Positions 1 to 13,529 of a DNA stretch of 64,000 bases are shown in pieces; position 1 is the first letter of the stretch, and every line of letters begins with the position of its first letter. Below the pieces are notes generated by a model. That model made no database searches. It was not told the DNA's origin and saw only the letters and a program-made list of their open reading frames with translations. Origin of the DNA: the human T2T-CHM13v2.0 reference genome, Homo sapiens; the NCBI RefSeq assembly GCF_009914755.1, contig NC_060930.1; one strand, given 5' to 3'. A program made the position numbers and the translations under genes.

Positions 1-129
1 TTTTAAGCTTTTAACATACAAAGCTGTGAATTATATATTAATTATAACTATAATTTTAAAAATATCTGAAATTATCTAGTATTTTTATCCTACTCAGAAA
101 CCCAAGAACCTAAACAGGAATATATTATA

Positions 130-1790
130 GATTGAGAATCTATTTTCCAGCACCTTGTTTGTGTTGCTAAGTTATTTGGATATAATATTCTAAATTTCCA
201 GTTTCCCATCATTATATTGAATTTATTTCTCTATTGTTTCATGGCATCTATGGTTGCTAATGAGAAGCCCACTTGATTTATTGTTTAATTACCATTTCTT
301 GTTGTAACCTGTTTTTCTCCTTGTAGCTGGTAAAAACATGTCCAAATTCTTGATGTATTCCAGTTTTACTTTGGTAAGTCTGGGTATGAATATATTTTTG
401 TAGATCCTTCTTGGTTTTTATAGTTCATTTTCAATTTGAGGACATATTTTTCTTCAATTTTGGAAAACTCACAGCTCTTTTCTCTCCAAATATTACTTTC
501 TTGTGACTTTTTCCTTCCTTAAAGAAAAATAGGCAGTCCTATTTGTCTTCAGACTATCCTATATAGTTTTAGGTGACCATACAACTATTGCCTAATAAAT
601 TATATTTATATAATTATGTTTATATAACCAGAGCCCCATCTAGCCTCTGTTTTCAAACCTGGCTCCAGTCTGCTAACTTCCATGGAGCACCTTCACTTCT
701 CCTTCCCTGATTCTCAGGGGAGATGCATTTGGGAGTTAAAAGAAGTGCCACTAATAATTATATCAGGACAACAGATGTAAATTGGAACTCTCCCAAGCAT
801 ACTACCCTGTGTGATCTCTCTGCTTAGCATTCTTCCATATTTTATTCTCTATGCTGTCTTCTGGGTAAATCCCTCAGTAATATTTTTCAGTTTATTGTTT
901 TTCTTTTGTTGCCTCTGTTCCAAAGTTTACCCTATCTTTGAATTTTTTATTGCAATGAATAGATTTTTAACTCCCAAGATGTCTAATCATTCTGCTTTTT
1001 AATTTATTTGGCTTGTTTCATATCTGTCTGCTTTTCACATTTTATGTTTTTTTAAAAAAAGTGCATAGTTTTTTCCATTTTTCCCCTTAAGCATTCAAAG
1101 CATATTTATTCTTAAGTTTTGGCTAGATCAGTTTAATAAAATTTCACCTGGAATGAAATTATGTTCCAATTGTTGATTTTTGGCAGGATTACTTTCACAG
1201 CATTAGAATTCTCCCGCTTTGAAATTCCGTTTTGCAGCATCATGTTGAATGAAATTGCTCCCCTTCTTTCTCTTTCTTCAAATTTCTCTATCTAGCAGTT
1301 TTGCATTTCCTTCTCCCAAATTCCTGAACCCTACCTCCAAACCTAGTGCTGTATGACATTGCAGAACACCTGCCCTTGGTCTCAGCAGGCATATGATATC
1401 AGGCCCCAGGCCAGGTGCATTTAGCACCCTTCCTCAAGTGCAATGTGTGTTAGTTCTCTTGTTTCTGAAGTTCTCTGCAAAGCCATGGCCCCAGGGAATG
1501 GTTGGCTGCAGATTTTTAACCTCCTTTTACCAGAAGGAGCCTCATCTAGCCTCTGTTTTCAAATCTGGCTCCAGTATGCTAATTTCCATGGAACACCTTC
1601 AATTCTCCTTCCCTGGTTCTCAGCTGTCACTGCCTACTTCAGGACAAGAGCCCAGCATGGCTGTGGCCTCAGCTATGCTCAGTTCTGCATTTCTTTTCTA
1701 TTTCTGGTGCACAGGAATGCTTAATAGGCTTTGAACTCAGACATGTGTTTCGGGTGTTTTCTTTTATATTTTTATATGCTTTTTGCTGTG
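130..1790 (-). mobile_element. Old, highly diverged L1 (L1M/L1ME-type) 5'/ORF1 region, antisense
   Basis: T-rich strand with typical antisense old-L1 ORF1 motifs (ttcttcaattttggaaaactcacagc, tagatccttcttgg). Boundaries approximate. Confidence 0.5.
570..821 (+). mobile_element. MER94-like hAT-Blackjack MITE, interrupted by a ~120-bp insertion
   Basis: Left end AGGTGACCATAC; the body resumes with gggagttaaaagaagtgccactaataattatatcaggacaacagatgtaaattggaactctccc, matching the recalled MER94 consensus. Confidence 0.6.
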
Positions 1791-1958
1791 TTGTGTTAAT
1801 ACATTAAAGCATGAACTAACTGCTCTAATTTGACCAGAGTGCATAAAATGAACAAGTAAATTGTATTTATCATAAACTAAAACAGGTGATTGTAAAATAT
1901 CCCAATTTACTAAATTTGGAAGCCTTTTAGAGACAGATTTTCCTTGTACATGTCTCTA

Positions 1959-2234
<276 letters not shown>

Positions 2235-2389
2235 TTATTTGGAAATCTAGGAGCTGAAACACTTTTTGGTGCTATAGGACATTATGACTTGGCTACTTTG
2301 AAATTAGACATATTTTACCCAGCTAAAAGAGACACAATATTAAATTTTCCAAGTAAAAATAATTACATAATCTGAAAGGAAAATAATTG

Positions 2390-2502
2390 AAGAGAGAGAG
2401 AGAAAGGAAGAAAACAAAAGGAAGGAAGGAAAGAAAGAAGAAAGGAAGGAAGGAAGGGAAAGAAAGAAAAAGAAAAGAAGGAAGTAAAAATGAAGGAAAG
2501 AC
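2390..2502. repeat. GA-rich low-complexity (GAAA/GGAA) tract
   Basis: Direct inspection. Confidence 0.85.
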
Positions 2503-3449
2503 AGGCATATTCATTCCAGTGCTTTGAATAGTGTATGGCCCTTAGAAAATATTTGTGGAGAAAAATGAATGGATAAATACCTGAGCCTCACTCCATTTCT
2601 GGTTAGCACCCTTGTTGTAGAAGGAATGGGACAGGGAGCATACTATGGATGTATCCAGGGTGAGGAAAGCATCAGGACTCACAGATAGGGTAATGGATCA
2701 GGCAAGTGTGAAAGTGAAGGATAGAGTTAGCATAATTGTCAGGGTGTTTGTTATTTTATAACCCGATTGTAAAAACAGGGAGTTTTAAATTTGGACATTT
2801 TATGTGGTTCTAAATTTTCTGAGCTCAGCTATGAATAAATGTCACCCTTCCCATTTGGAACCTATTACTGAGCTATACTGACCACTCAGAGATGGGAAGA
2901 GACAGGCCAGTAGTGTGAGGTTGTACATGAACATCCTGCACACTGTGGAGCTGACATATATGGAGTAAAGAATGCACGAGTCACCCTCCTTGTGCAGTCC
3001 TGGATTGTGGAGACTGAAGAGAAGGTTCATTCAAGGCTGTCTTGGAATAGGTGGTTCAGTGTTCCCAGAACACATAGCTTTAGCAATCCTTATTCCATCC
3101 ACATTTCTAGAGAAACAGAATTTTTAGAGAAAGGGAATAAGGTTGGGCATTAAGGAATCAGCCAAGCAGAATGACTCTGGTTGCAAACAATACTGTGCGA
3201 AGGAGCTAGGCCAAGAGCAAACCCATCAGCATTAAAGACTTTGTATGAGAAAGACAGGGAGGTGAGTTCCATCACAGCTCCTATTGGCTTTATTGCTTTT
3301 ATTTTAACATTAAAATGGGTCACATTTGCTTCTTTAATTTCTAACTACTGAAAAAAATTTGCCAGGGAAATAGATTATTCTTCTTTGTGATTTATGTTTC
3401 TCAATAGGAAAAAAGCAAATTTACATTTGTTTAACCCCCCTTGCATGAA

Positions 3450-3800
3450 ATTTTCTCGACATTGTCTCATTTTATCCTCATATTAATATTTTGAGATACA
3501 TTTTATCTTCTTTTAAATATAAAGAAACTATAGAGCTGAGGTAAACAATTTGGCCAGGCTGTCAGCTTTAAGTGAGAGAGCTGGGACTGAAATTCAGGGA
3601 GGCCGTATAGCATAAGGGGTAATAGGTTAGACTGTTGACCCCAGCTCCCAGTTTATTCAGTTAATTCTGTGTGACTTTTGTCAAGTTGCTTAACCTACTT
3701 CAGTTAAGCAGAGCCTCAGTTAACTCAGTTTGAAATTAGGAATAATAATCATAACTTCTCTAAAGATTATTGTAAGTAAAACAGTTACCATGTTGTTTGA
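3450..3800. mobile_element. Two adjacent MIR SINE fragments in opposite orientation
   Basis: aaagaaactatagagctgaggtaaacaatttggcc (minus core), followed by ctgtgtgacttttgtcaagttgcttaacc...cctcagttt (plus core). Confidence 0.6.
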
Positions 3801-3824
3801 CGCATGGACATTTTCTTTTCATTT

Positions 3825-3942
3825 GTTATTAATGGGAATATAAATTTGTGTCCCCTCTTTAGAATGGAATTTGGTAATTGTTACAAAACCTAAAACGTGC
3901 ATCTCCTTTGACTTAGCAATTCCAATTTAGAAATTTTTCCTC
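3825..3942 (+). mobile_element. L1ME 3' fragment, left half (split by L1PB)
   Basis: atgggaatataaatttg...tttgacttagcaattcc; continues at 8492 after the TSD. Confidence 0.6.
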
Positions 3943-6900
3943 AGGGGGATTAAGATGATGAATACGAAGCGAGACTAGCTTGCAGCTCCCACTCAGATGG
4001 ACGGAGCAGTATGGAGACTCACATCGTGAACTTTTGCTCCAAGAACTACCACAGAAACATACCAGGAAAGCCAAGAGAATCCACAGACCCTTTGAAGAAC
4101 TGGATCACCCCTGCAGGCTCCCTGAGATGCCAAAAAACTGTGAGTCTGCTTGCTTTCTCAATGGGGAGGCTCATGGTCTAGGGCAAGTTCTCGGCCCTGG
4201 TCACCAGCTGCCTGGAAATAGACTCGATGCTGTTGTTGGGGAGCACAGTGGGAGTGAGACCAGCCGTTAGGACTGTGGGTTGCTTGGGAGTGGGGTGAGG
4301 CTTTTGAGTACTGGCTTTTCCCCCACTTCCCTGGTGACCTGTATGACTCAGCAGAGGCAGCCATAATACCCCTGGGAGTATAACTCCGCTGGACAGGGAA
4401 TCACACCCATCCCCCACCACAGCCACAGCAAGCCCCATCCAAGGAGAGGCTGAGCTCAGATACGCATATCCCTGCCCCCACCTGGTGATTTTTCTCTACT
4501 TGCCCTGGTAGCCAAAGACAAAGGCTATAATTTCTTGGGAGCCCTATGCCTCTGCCCACTACCTGAGAAACCTGAATACATAACCAAGTGTCTATAGGGC
4601 AAGTTTTCATCCTCTTTATAGGACTTCAGCTGATGCACTCTTGAAAGCTCCACCTTCTGGCTGGAGGCCAACAAACGCAGAACCAGGGCACTAAACAAAA
4701 ACACAACCAAGAACTCTCACAGGGTCCACTTCACTCCCCTGCTACCTCCACCAGAGCAGGTGCTGGTATCCATGGCTACAAGACCTGAAGACAGATCACA
4801 TCACAGGACTCTGTGCAGGCACTCACCACTACCAGCCCAGAACCCTTAGCTCTGCTGGGTGGCTAGACCCAGAAGAGCAAAAACAATCACTACAGTTCAA
4901 TTCTCAGGAAGCCCCTTTCCTAGAGGAAGGGAGAGAACACCACATCAAGAAAGGACCCAAGAAAGATAGACCATATGATAGACTACAAAAAAGTCTCAGT
5001 AAATTTAAGAAAATCAAAATTATATCAAGTACTTTCTCAGACCACAGTGGAATAAAACTGGAAATCAACTCCAGAAGAACCCCTCACAACCAAGCAGATA
5101 CATGGAAATTAAATAACCTGCTCCTGAATGATTGCTGGGTTAACAATGAAATCAAGATGGAAATTTAAAAATTCTTTGAACTGAACAATAATAGTGACAC
5201 AACCTATGAAAACCTCTGAGATAACAGCAAAAGCAGTGCTAAGAGGAAAGTTCATAGCATTAAATGCCTATATCAAAACGTCTGAAAGAGCACAAATAGA
5301 CAATCTAAGGTCACACCTCACAAAACTAGAGAAACAAGAACAATCCAAACCCAAACCCAGCAGAAGAAAAGAAATAAGACCAGAGGAGAACTAAATGAAA
5401 TTGAAACAAAAAATAATATAATAGATCAATAAAACAAAAGCTGTTTCTTTGAAAGGATAAGTAAAATTGGTAGACCATTAGCAAGATTTACCAAGAAAAG
5501 GAGAGAGAAGATCCAAATAAGCTCAATTAGAAATGAAACAGGAGATACTACAACTGATACCACAGAAATACAAAAAATTATTAAAGGATACTGTGAACAC
5601 CTTTATGTGCATAAACTAAGAACCTAGAGGAGATGGATACATTTCTAGAACTATACGACCCTCCTAGATTAAACCTGGAAGATATCAAATCTCTGAAGAG
5701 ACCAATAACAAGCAGTGAGATTGAAACGGTAATTAAAAAATTGTCACAAAAAGTCCAAAACTAGACAGATTCACAGCTGAATTCTATCAGATACTCAAAG
5801 AAGAATTGGTACCAATCCTATTGACCCTATCCCAAAAGATAGAGAAAGAGGGAATTGTCCCTAAATCGTTCTGTGAAGCCAGTATTCCCCCTAATACCAA
5901 AATGAGGAAAGGACACAACAAAAACAGAAAACTACAGACCAATATCCCTGATTAACATAGGTGAAAAAATCCTCAACAAAATTCTAGCTAACCAAATCCA
6001 ACAGCATATCAAAAAGATAATCCACCATGATCATGGGTTTCATACCAGGGATGCAGGGATGATTTAACATACATAAGCAATAAATGTGATACACCACATG
6101 AGCAGAATTAAAAACAAAAATCACATGATCATCTCAATAGATGCAGAAAAGGCATTTGATGAGATCCAGCATTCCTTTATGATAAAACCCTCAGCAAAAT
6201 CAGCATAGAAGAGACATACCTTAACGTAATAAAAGCCAGCTATGACAAGCCCACAGCCATCATTATACTGATCAGGGAAAAGTTAAAAGTATTCCCCCTG
6301 AGAACTGGAACAAGACAAGGATGCCCACTTTCACCACTTCTATTTGCCATAGTATGGGAATTCCTAGCCAGAGCAATCAGACAAGAGAAAGAAATGAAAG
6401 GTGTCCAAATCAGTAAAGAGAAAGTCAAACTATTGCTGTTTGCTGATGATAGGGTCATATATCTAGAAAACCCTAAAGACTCATCCAAAAAGCTCCTACA
6501 GCTGGTTAATTAATTCAGCAAAGTTTCAGGATACAAAATTAATATACACAAATCAGTAGCTATACACCAATCCTATACACCAACAGCAACCAAACTGAGA
6601 ATCAAATCAAGATTTCACAATAGCTAAAAAAAAAACCAAAAAATAAAAAAAAAACACTTAAGAATATACTTAACCAAGGACGTGAAGACCTCTACAAGAA
6701 AAACTACAATACACTGCTGAAAGAAATCATGGATGACACAAACAGATGGAAACACATCCCATGCTCATGGATGGGTAGAATCAATATTGTGAAAATGACC
6801 ATACTACCAAAAGCAATCTACAAATTCAATGCAATTCCCATCAAATTACCACCATCATTCTTCACAGAACTAGAAAAAAAAAAAACCTAAAATTATATGG

Positions 6901-8039
6901 AGCCAAAAAAGTGCCCTCATAGCCAAAGCAAGACTAAGCAAAAAAAAAAAAAAAAAAAAAATCTGGAGGCACCACATTATCCAACTTCAGACTATACTAT
7001 CAGGTCATGGTAAACAAAACAGCATGGTATTGATATAAAAATAGGTACATAAACCAATGAAACAGAATAGAGAACCCAGAAATAAAGCCAGATACTTAGA
7101 CAGCAAACTGATTTTTGGCAAAGTAAACAGAAATATACAGTGGGAAGGGACACCCTATTCAACAAATGGTCCTGGGATAATTGGCAAGCTGCATGTAGAA
7201 GAACAAAACTGGATCCTCATCTGTCACCCTATACAAAAATCAATTCAAGATGGATCAAAGACTTAAATCTAAGACCTGAAACCATAAAGATTCTAGAAGA
7301 TAACATTGAAAAAATCCTTTCAGACATTGGCTTAGAGAAAGACTTCATGACCAAGAACCAAAAGCAAATGTAACAAAAACAAACATAAATAGATGGGCCT
7401 TCATTAAACTAAAAAGCTTCTGCACAGCAACAGCAATAATCAGCAGAATAAACAGACAACCCACAGAGTAGGAGAAAATTTTTGCAATCTATACATCTGA
7501 CAAAGGACTAATATCCAGAATCTACAATGAACTCAAACAAATCAGCAAGAAAAAAACAAACAACCCCATCAAAAAGTGGGCTAAGGACATGAAAAGACAA
7601 TTCTCAAAAGAAGATATACAAATGGCCAACAAGTATATTAAAAATCGCTCAGCATTACTAATTACCTGCAAAATGCAAATCAAAACCACAGTGAGATACC
7701 ACCTTACTCTTGCAAGAATGGCTATAATCAAAAAATCAAAAAAAAAATAGTTGTTGGCTGGGATGTGGTGAAAAGGGAACACTTTTACACTGTTGGTGGG
7801 AATGTAAACTAGTACAACCACTATGGAAAACAGTATGGATATTCCTTAAAGAACTAAAAGCAGAAGTACCATTTGATCCAGCACTCCCATTCCTGGGTAT
7901 CTACCCAGAGGAAAAGAAGTCATTGTACAAAAAAGATACTTGCACACACATGTTTATAGCAGCACAATTTGCAACTGCAAAAATATGGAACCAGTCCAAA
8001 TACCCATCAATCAAGTGGATAAAGAAAATGTGGTATGTA

Positions 8040-8106
<67 letters not shown>

Positions 8107-8477
8107 CATGGAATACTACTCAGCCATTAAAAGGAACAAAATAATGGTATTCACAGCAACCTGGATGGAATTGGAAACTATTATTCTAAGGGAAGTAACT
8201 CAAGAATGGAAAACCAAACATTGTATGTTCTCCCTGATATGTGGCAGCTAAGCTATGATGATGCAAAGGTGTAAGAATGATGCATTGGACTTTGGGGACT
8301 CCGGGCAAAGGATGGGGTATGGTGAGGGATAAAAGACTACATATTGGGTACAGTGTGCACTGCTTTGGTGATGGGTGCACCAAAATCTCAGAAACCTCCA
8401 ATAAAGAACTTATTTACGTAACCAAACACCACCTGTCCCCCCAAAACCTATTGAAATTAAAAAATAATACTAAAATA
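3943..8477 (+). mobile_element. L1PB-family LINE-1 with both ends intact but an internal deletion (5'UTR joined to ORF2); ORF2 disrupted
   Basis: L1PBa-like 5'UTR (gggggattaagatg...actagcttgcagctcccactcag), degraded ORF2 (EN end, RT LFADD region ~6435, C-terminus), L1PB-type 3'UTR (gggataaaagactac...ggtgatgggtgcaccaaaatctc). 14-bp TSD agaaatttttcctc (3929-3942) / aggaatttttcctc (8478-8491). Confidence 0.9.
8037..8106. repeat. (TA)n/(CA)n microsatellite inside L1PB
   Basis: Direct inspection. Confidence 0.95.
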
Positions 8478-8491
8478 AGGAATTTTTCCTC

Positions 8492-8920
8492 CAGATATGC
8501 TCACACATGGGCACAAAAATACTTATATAGAATGTTCATTTTAGCACTGTTAATAACAGCAAAGAGTGGGGGCACAAACAGAAGCATCAACTGGAAGATC
8601 TTAATCAAACTAAGATCTATAAAATGCAGTGTATAACCTCCAAGATATTTTGCTAAATGAGAGGAAAGGTGACATGGGATATATATGTACTATTCCCGCT
8701 ATTAGGGTTTACATTGTGCTGGGGGGACAGTGGCAGGGTGCATGGGTGTAATACAAGTATCATTGCTTGTGTGTACATTAAGCATATCTTGAATTATACA
8801 CAAGAAACTGTTTACCATTGGCAGCTTTTGGAGACGGAGGTTAGAGATTTTGAGACTGAAGTCAGAAGGAGAATTATTTTTCATTGTATATTTGTTTTCA
8901 CTTAATTTTTTATGCAAACA
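8492..8920 (+). mobile_element. L1ME 3' fragment, right half
   Basis: cagatatgctcacacatg...agaatgttcattttagcactgttaataacagcaaa continues the 3825-3942 fragment. Confidence 0.6.
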
Positions 8921-9519
8921 GAATTTTCCACCCAAAAGAAACTAATTTTTAAACATAGTACAATATTGGATGATTAAATTAAAGAGACTCGTTTAGCTGC
9001 TCATATGAGAAGGATTGAGATATCCCTCAATCTTGCATGGTAGGCAGGACCCTTTTAGTGTAGTCTAGGGGCTTGTGAGAATGGAGCTGCCCAGGGCATG
9101 GTGGCTCGGAGTCACTTCAGAGATCCAGAGGACCCTCTGAGTATGGAAGGAAGACTTGGACTCACTAAACTTGTTGTTAACACAATTCGAATTTAAAACA
9201 ACACCTGAAACCCATGTCTGTATTTCTTTCATATTTTATGGCTGTCTTCTCTAAACCCCACTATTTATTCAGTACCATCTCTAGCTTGCATTTGAGCTAA
9301 AATGTTGCTTAGACTTGTTAATTTTAAAACCAGCTTCTTGGTTTCTAAAATTCATGACATTTTCTTAATTCTCGTACAGAATACCTGCACTCCAGGTAAT
9401 TTGCCTAGAGTGCATAGTTTTACAGACACTGTTTAAATGGTGCATGTTGAAAGCCTGGCAGAGAGGTTAGCTGGGAAAGATTATCTTGTGTCGTGGGTCT
9501 ATTCAATACTCCAGATACT

Positions 9520-9775
9520 CCTAATGTCATCTCAAAGAGGCCTTTCCTGATACCGAATCTACACAAGGAAACCACCCTCCAGCCCCTTTAACTCCTGATA
9601 GCAGTGTTAATATTCTTCATAGCTCTTATCATAATTTGCGGTAATTTTATTTCTATATCTTTTTTACTTTATGTTCTGACTCCTTTACCAGAATGTAAGC
9701 TCCATGAGGGCAGGGATCATGGATATTTTGTTCACAAACATGTCCCAGTACCCAGCATAAGTGCTTATTAAATAT
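9520..9775 (+). mobile_element. L2 LINE 3' end
   Basis: aatgtcatctc...gaggcctttcctga; agaatgtaagctccatgagggcaggg; agtgcttattaaatat. Confidence 0.75.
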
Positions 9776-10572
9776 TGAAATGGGAGGAGTGTTCCTTTAT
9801 CCCCCTCGCCGGGTGTGCGCCAGGGGTGTGGCTCGCTTCTTTGGTGCTCCGCTGCTCAAACCACTAGGGGAAGCATGCAGACGGGCAGGTCACGGGGAGC
9901 GTTTTTGGGCTTCGACCCCATGGCAGCATCTAGGGTGAGTGTTTCCAGCTCGCGAAGCCCCAGTGGGCGTGTGTTACAGTGCGCTCTTTCCGTTTTGCGG
10001 TCTGTAGTTGGCTTGTGTTGATCAGCGCAACTAGACCCTCTGCCTTATCGAAAGGACACAGGGCCTTCTGTATCCCCGGTTCTTGCCCTAGTGTACCAGA
10101 AAAATCGGATCACATGTGGGCTTGGAGGATGGGTGCAAAGTTTTATTGAGTGGTGGAGGTTGCTCTCAGCGAGGTGGATGGGGAGCCAGAAGGAGGATGG
10201 GTTGGGAAGTTGGTCTCCCCCTGGAGTCGGGCCACCCAGCAGCCGGGCCACCCAGCAGCGGGACTCTCCTCTAACCACCCCAGCTGAATTCTGCCTTGTC
10301 CCGCCACCGATGGCCTGCCGATGTCTGCTGGTGTCTGTGTGTTTGCTTTTCTGCTCCTCTTGACGACCAGCCATTTGTGTCTGTGCCCGCTACGGTCTCT
10401 CGGGTTTTTATGGGCACAGGATTGGGGGTGTGGCAGGCCAAAAGGCAACTTTATGGGCACGGAAACAGAAATGCTTGTCCTCACTTAGGTCCATGGGCAC
10501 AGGCCCGAGGGAGCCCTCCCCAGGGACCCCGCCTTTCTCTGCTTAGCACTTCCCTACCCGCCTCCTGTATCA
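9776..10572 (-). mobile_element. ERV1 solo LTR, LTR27/LTR28/LTR1-MER52 group
   Basis: TG...CA termini. The minus strand begins TGATACAGGAGGCGGGTAGGGAAGTGCT...GGGCCTGTGCCCATGGACCTAAGTGAGGACAAGCATTTCTG and has a CATAAAA box. Near-TSD atat/ctat. CpG-rich. Confidence 0.8.
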
Positions 10573-13529
10573 CTATGAATCAATGTCCTTGGATCAAGTC
10601 AGACTACACATTTAGAGAATGACTTTTTTGTCATTGCTTTTGTAGATACGTTTTTTCAATTGTTAGCCATGAGTTTTTATCTTAGGTTGTTTTCAGAATT
10701 AGCTATGCAAATTTAATTTCTCTATTTGCTGTGAAACAAATATTGAGGTTATTATTGGTTAAATCTTACTCCTATTGTCACCCAGGAGCTGTTTCTCACC
10801 AGGAAAATTTATTCTGACAAATATTTTGTGGGTACCCTAATTTCAGGTAATGATATTTAATGAATGTTTTATGATTTAAAAAGTTTCCCTCTTCATCAGG
10901 GCTAGGAGGAAGCTCTAGGGTATCTGCTCACACACAGCCGCTCTGCTGATGTTTATGGTTGCCATATGCTGCCCCTTCCTCTTTTGGTTCTGTTTTATTA
11001 ATCTTATAATAAACATCTTCTCTTTCAATAATTCACCTCAAATACTTTTTGATAAGATATGATGCAAATACATTAAATTATGAAAATAAATTATATTTTT
11101 TCTATTTTTGTTAATTTTCCATTTCATTGGGTCTCTACGGCTAAGGTTTGAGTCCATGACATTTTTGGGTTTTGGCTCATTATGATCACCATCTGGTCTC
11201 TCTCTGCCCTTAATCTTTTCCCTATTTTCTCCTGTTTCCTCTCACCAAAATGCTGTCACCAAACACATCTTTCTTTCCCACTGAACTACTGTCACTGCCA
11301 CCTCCTGTATCATGCACTGTCCCAGAAGATATTGCGCTAAGCCATAAGCAGTTTCCTCTTCAGCTTGTGCTTCCTTTGCTGTTTCTTCTTTGTCCTGCTT
11401 ATAGCACCTTCCTGGCTTCATCTTCTCTTTCTTACTTTACAATACCACTAATGCTCCTGTAACACAAACTACCACCAATATAAAATCTCATGTCATCTGT
11501 TTGCCCTTTAATAATCCTTGAAATGAATTCACTTATAAAAATCCTTTTAAACCTCAGCAATTATATTCATCTATCACTACCCAGAGCTCCTGAATATTTA
11601 AATTATATTATAATTACGGTGCATTATTTTATTAATTGTATTAGTGAATAGTTCTATAGAACTGTAAGTAAATCATTAGACATAGTCCCTTAACCCCTTC
11701 TTCCTCAACCAAAAATATGATTAAATAATTTTATATATGTGTGTACTTTCTCTAAATTCCTTTCAGAATGACATAACGTAATAAATTTAACAGGAGACGA
11801 AATCAGGATGGCAGAGACAGTTAGAAAACTGGAAAAACAGCATCAATTTGGCAACTGATTACCTACTTTGTTGCTGAATAGAGGGTGATAAGTAAAGAAT
11901 CTAGTCTGAGAAGAACTAAGTTTGAATCTTTGGCATTATGTTCCCTCAAATGTGCAGGTATCAAAATGAATTATAATTGGGAATAGCTTCCAAATTTATT
12001 ACTCAGTACAGAACATAGCAGGTATCAAATCGAATTGAAGAATAAAACTAAAAGAGATATCATAGGAAAATAAAGTGGCATATTGCAAAATTAAAATACC
12101 CTGTTTTTCATATAAATTATTTAGCTGAAGCTGTATGACAGAGTGTGAAAGAAAATTGAAAAGTCTCTTTACCTTAGAAATGTTTGTATTCACTGACATG
12201 TTTCAACCTGGTAATAAATCAGCTTGGGGACCTTTTCCATAAAGAGATGTCACTATAAATTAGCTTTTACATTTTTATCTTAAGTAGTATCATCATAAAA
12301 TATTCAATCAAGACACTAGAACTGTCAAAGTAGGTGGGTAATTTGAGACCTGGTGTTAAAAAAAATCTAATTCTTTCATGTTAGGATTTTTTTTCTTGTA
12401 TATAAATTTTGATCTGTGAAAATACCAGGACTGTCATGGTAACAATAGATAATTTGCTCATAAATTATAATTATCACAAATGTTAGCAATCATGAATGCT
12501 AAGTAAGTACTTTGATCAGAAACTAACAAGAACAGACTAAATTGAAAGAAAACAGCACACCAAAATGTTTGGCCCTATTTTGTTCTGCCACAAAAGGAAA
12601 ATATTCTTATGCAGCTGTTTTTTTTGTTTGTTTGTTTTTTGTTTTTTAGTTTTTCTTAGGTTATCTATCTTTCCATCTATTTCTTAATTGTAAAACAAAT
12701 TTTAACAATTACAATGATGATAATATATTAGACTTCACATATAAGATTGAATGTGATCTTTTCCATACCCATATTAGGCAAGGAGACCAGGAAACACATA
12801 AAGAAACTAAAGCCTACACAGGTCACTGGGTGTCACTTTTGTCATGGCTTCTCACACTTCAGCAGACAGCAAGAGCTCATCTTCTTGGCTATTTCCCAAG
12901 AATACCATCTTGCTTACTTCTCCTTGCAGAAGGAGCATGTTCTCATTTTCACTGGCTCTTTGACTCACAGGCTGTACCAGTTAACTGTTGCATGCCTCAG
13001 GATGTTTCTGCCCTGGTGACTGGTTTAGCTATGCATTTCTGACTTTGACCTCTGACTTCACTGTTTGCTGTCTGCCTCCATCCAACCATTAAGGTCCTGA
13101 GAGCTACTTCCTGCCACCTCCCCCAACCCCTTAAGCCCATTTGAGCAAGGCTAGCTCTGTCTAGCCTCCCGCCAAGAGAGGGAGAGCCCAGCCCAGGAGC
13201 AATAAAGCCCAGATGATAATTCAAATGAAAGCACTTTTGGAAAATGTCATTCCAATGTTTTTGAAAATGACAACCATCACAAATTCTTGACTACTATCAG
13301 TTATTACTAGGCTGGTGACCTTGATAAAAAAAAAACACAATTATTATGAAGGCAGATCTGTGAATTTCTCTTACTTTTTAAAACTGAAGTAATAAATTCC
13401 CCAGGTATAGACTTCAAACAGCATCTGTTGACTTAATTAGAGGGGAAATGCTTCAAGGATGAATTCTTTTCCTACTCTGTTAACTTTTCAACAGATGATA
13501 CATCTGAAACAATAGGCTGGGAGCAGGTG

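Noticed and set aside
12430-12444. RFX X-box-like motif (ctgtcatggtaac)
   Set aside because: A single short degenerate match is expected by chance in 64 kb.
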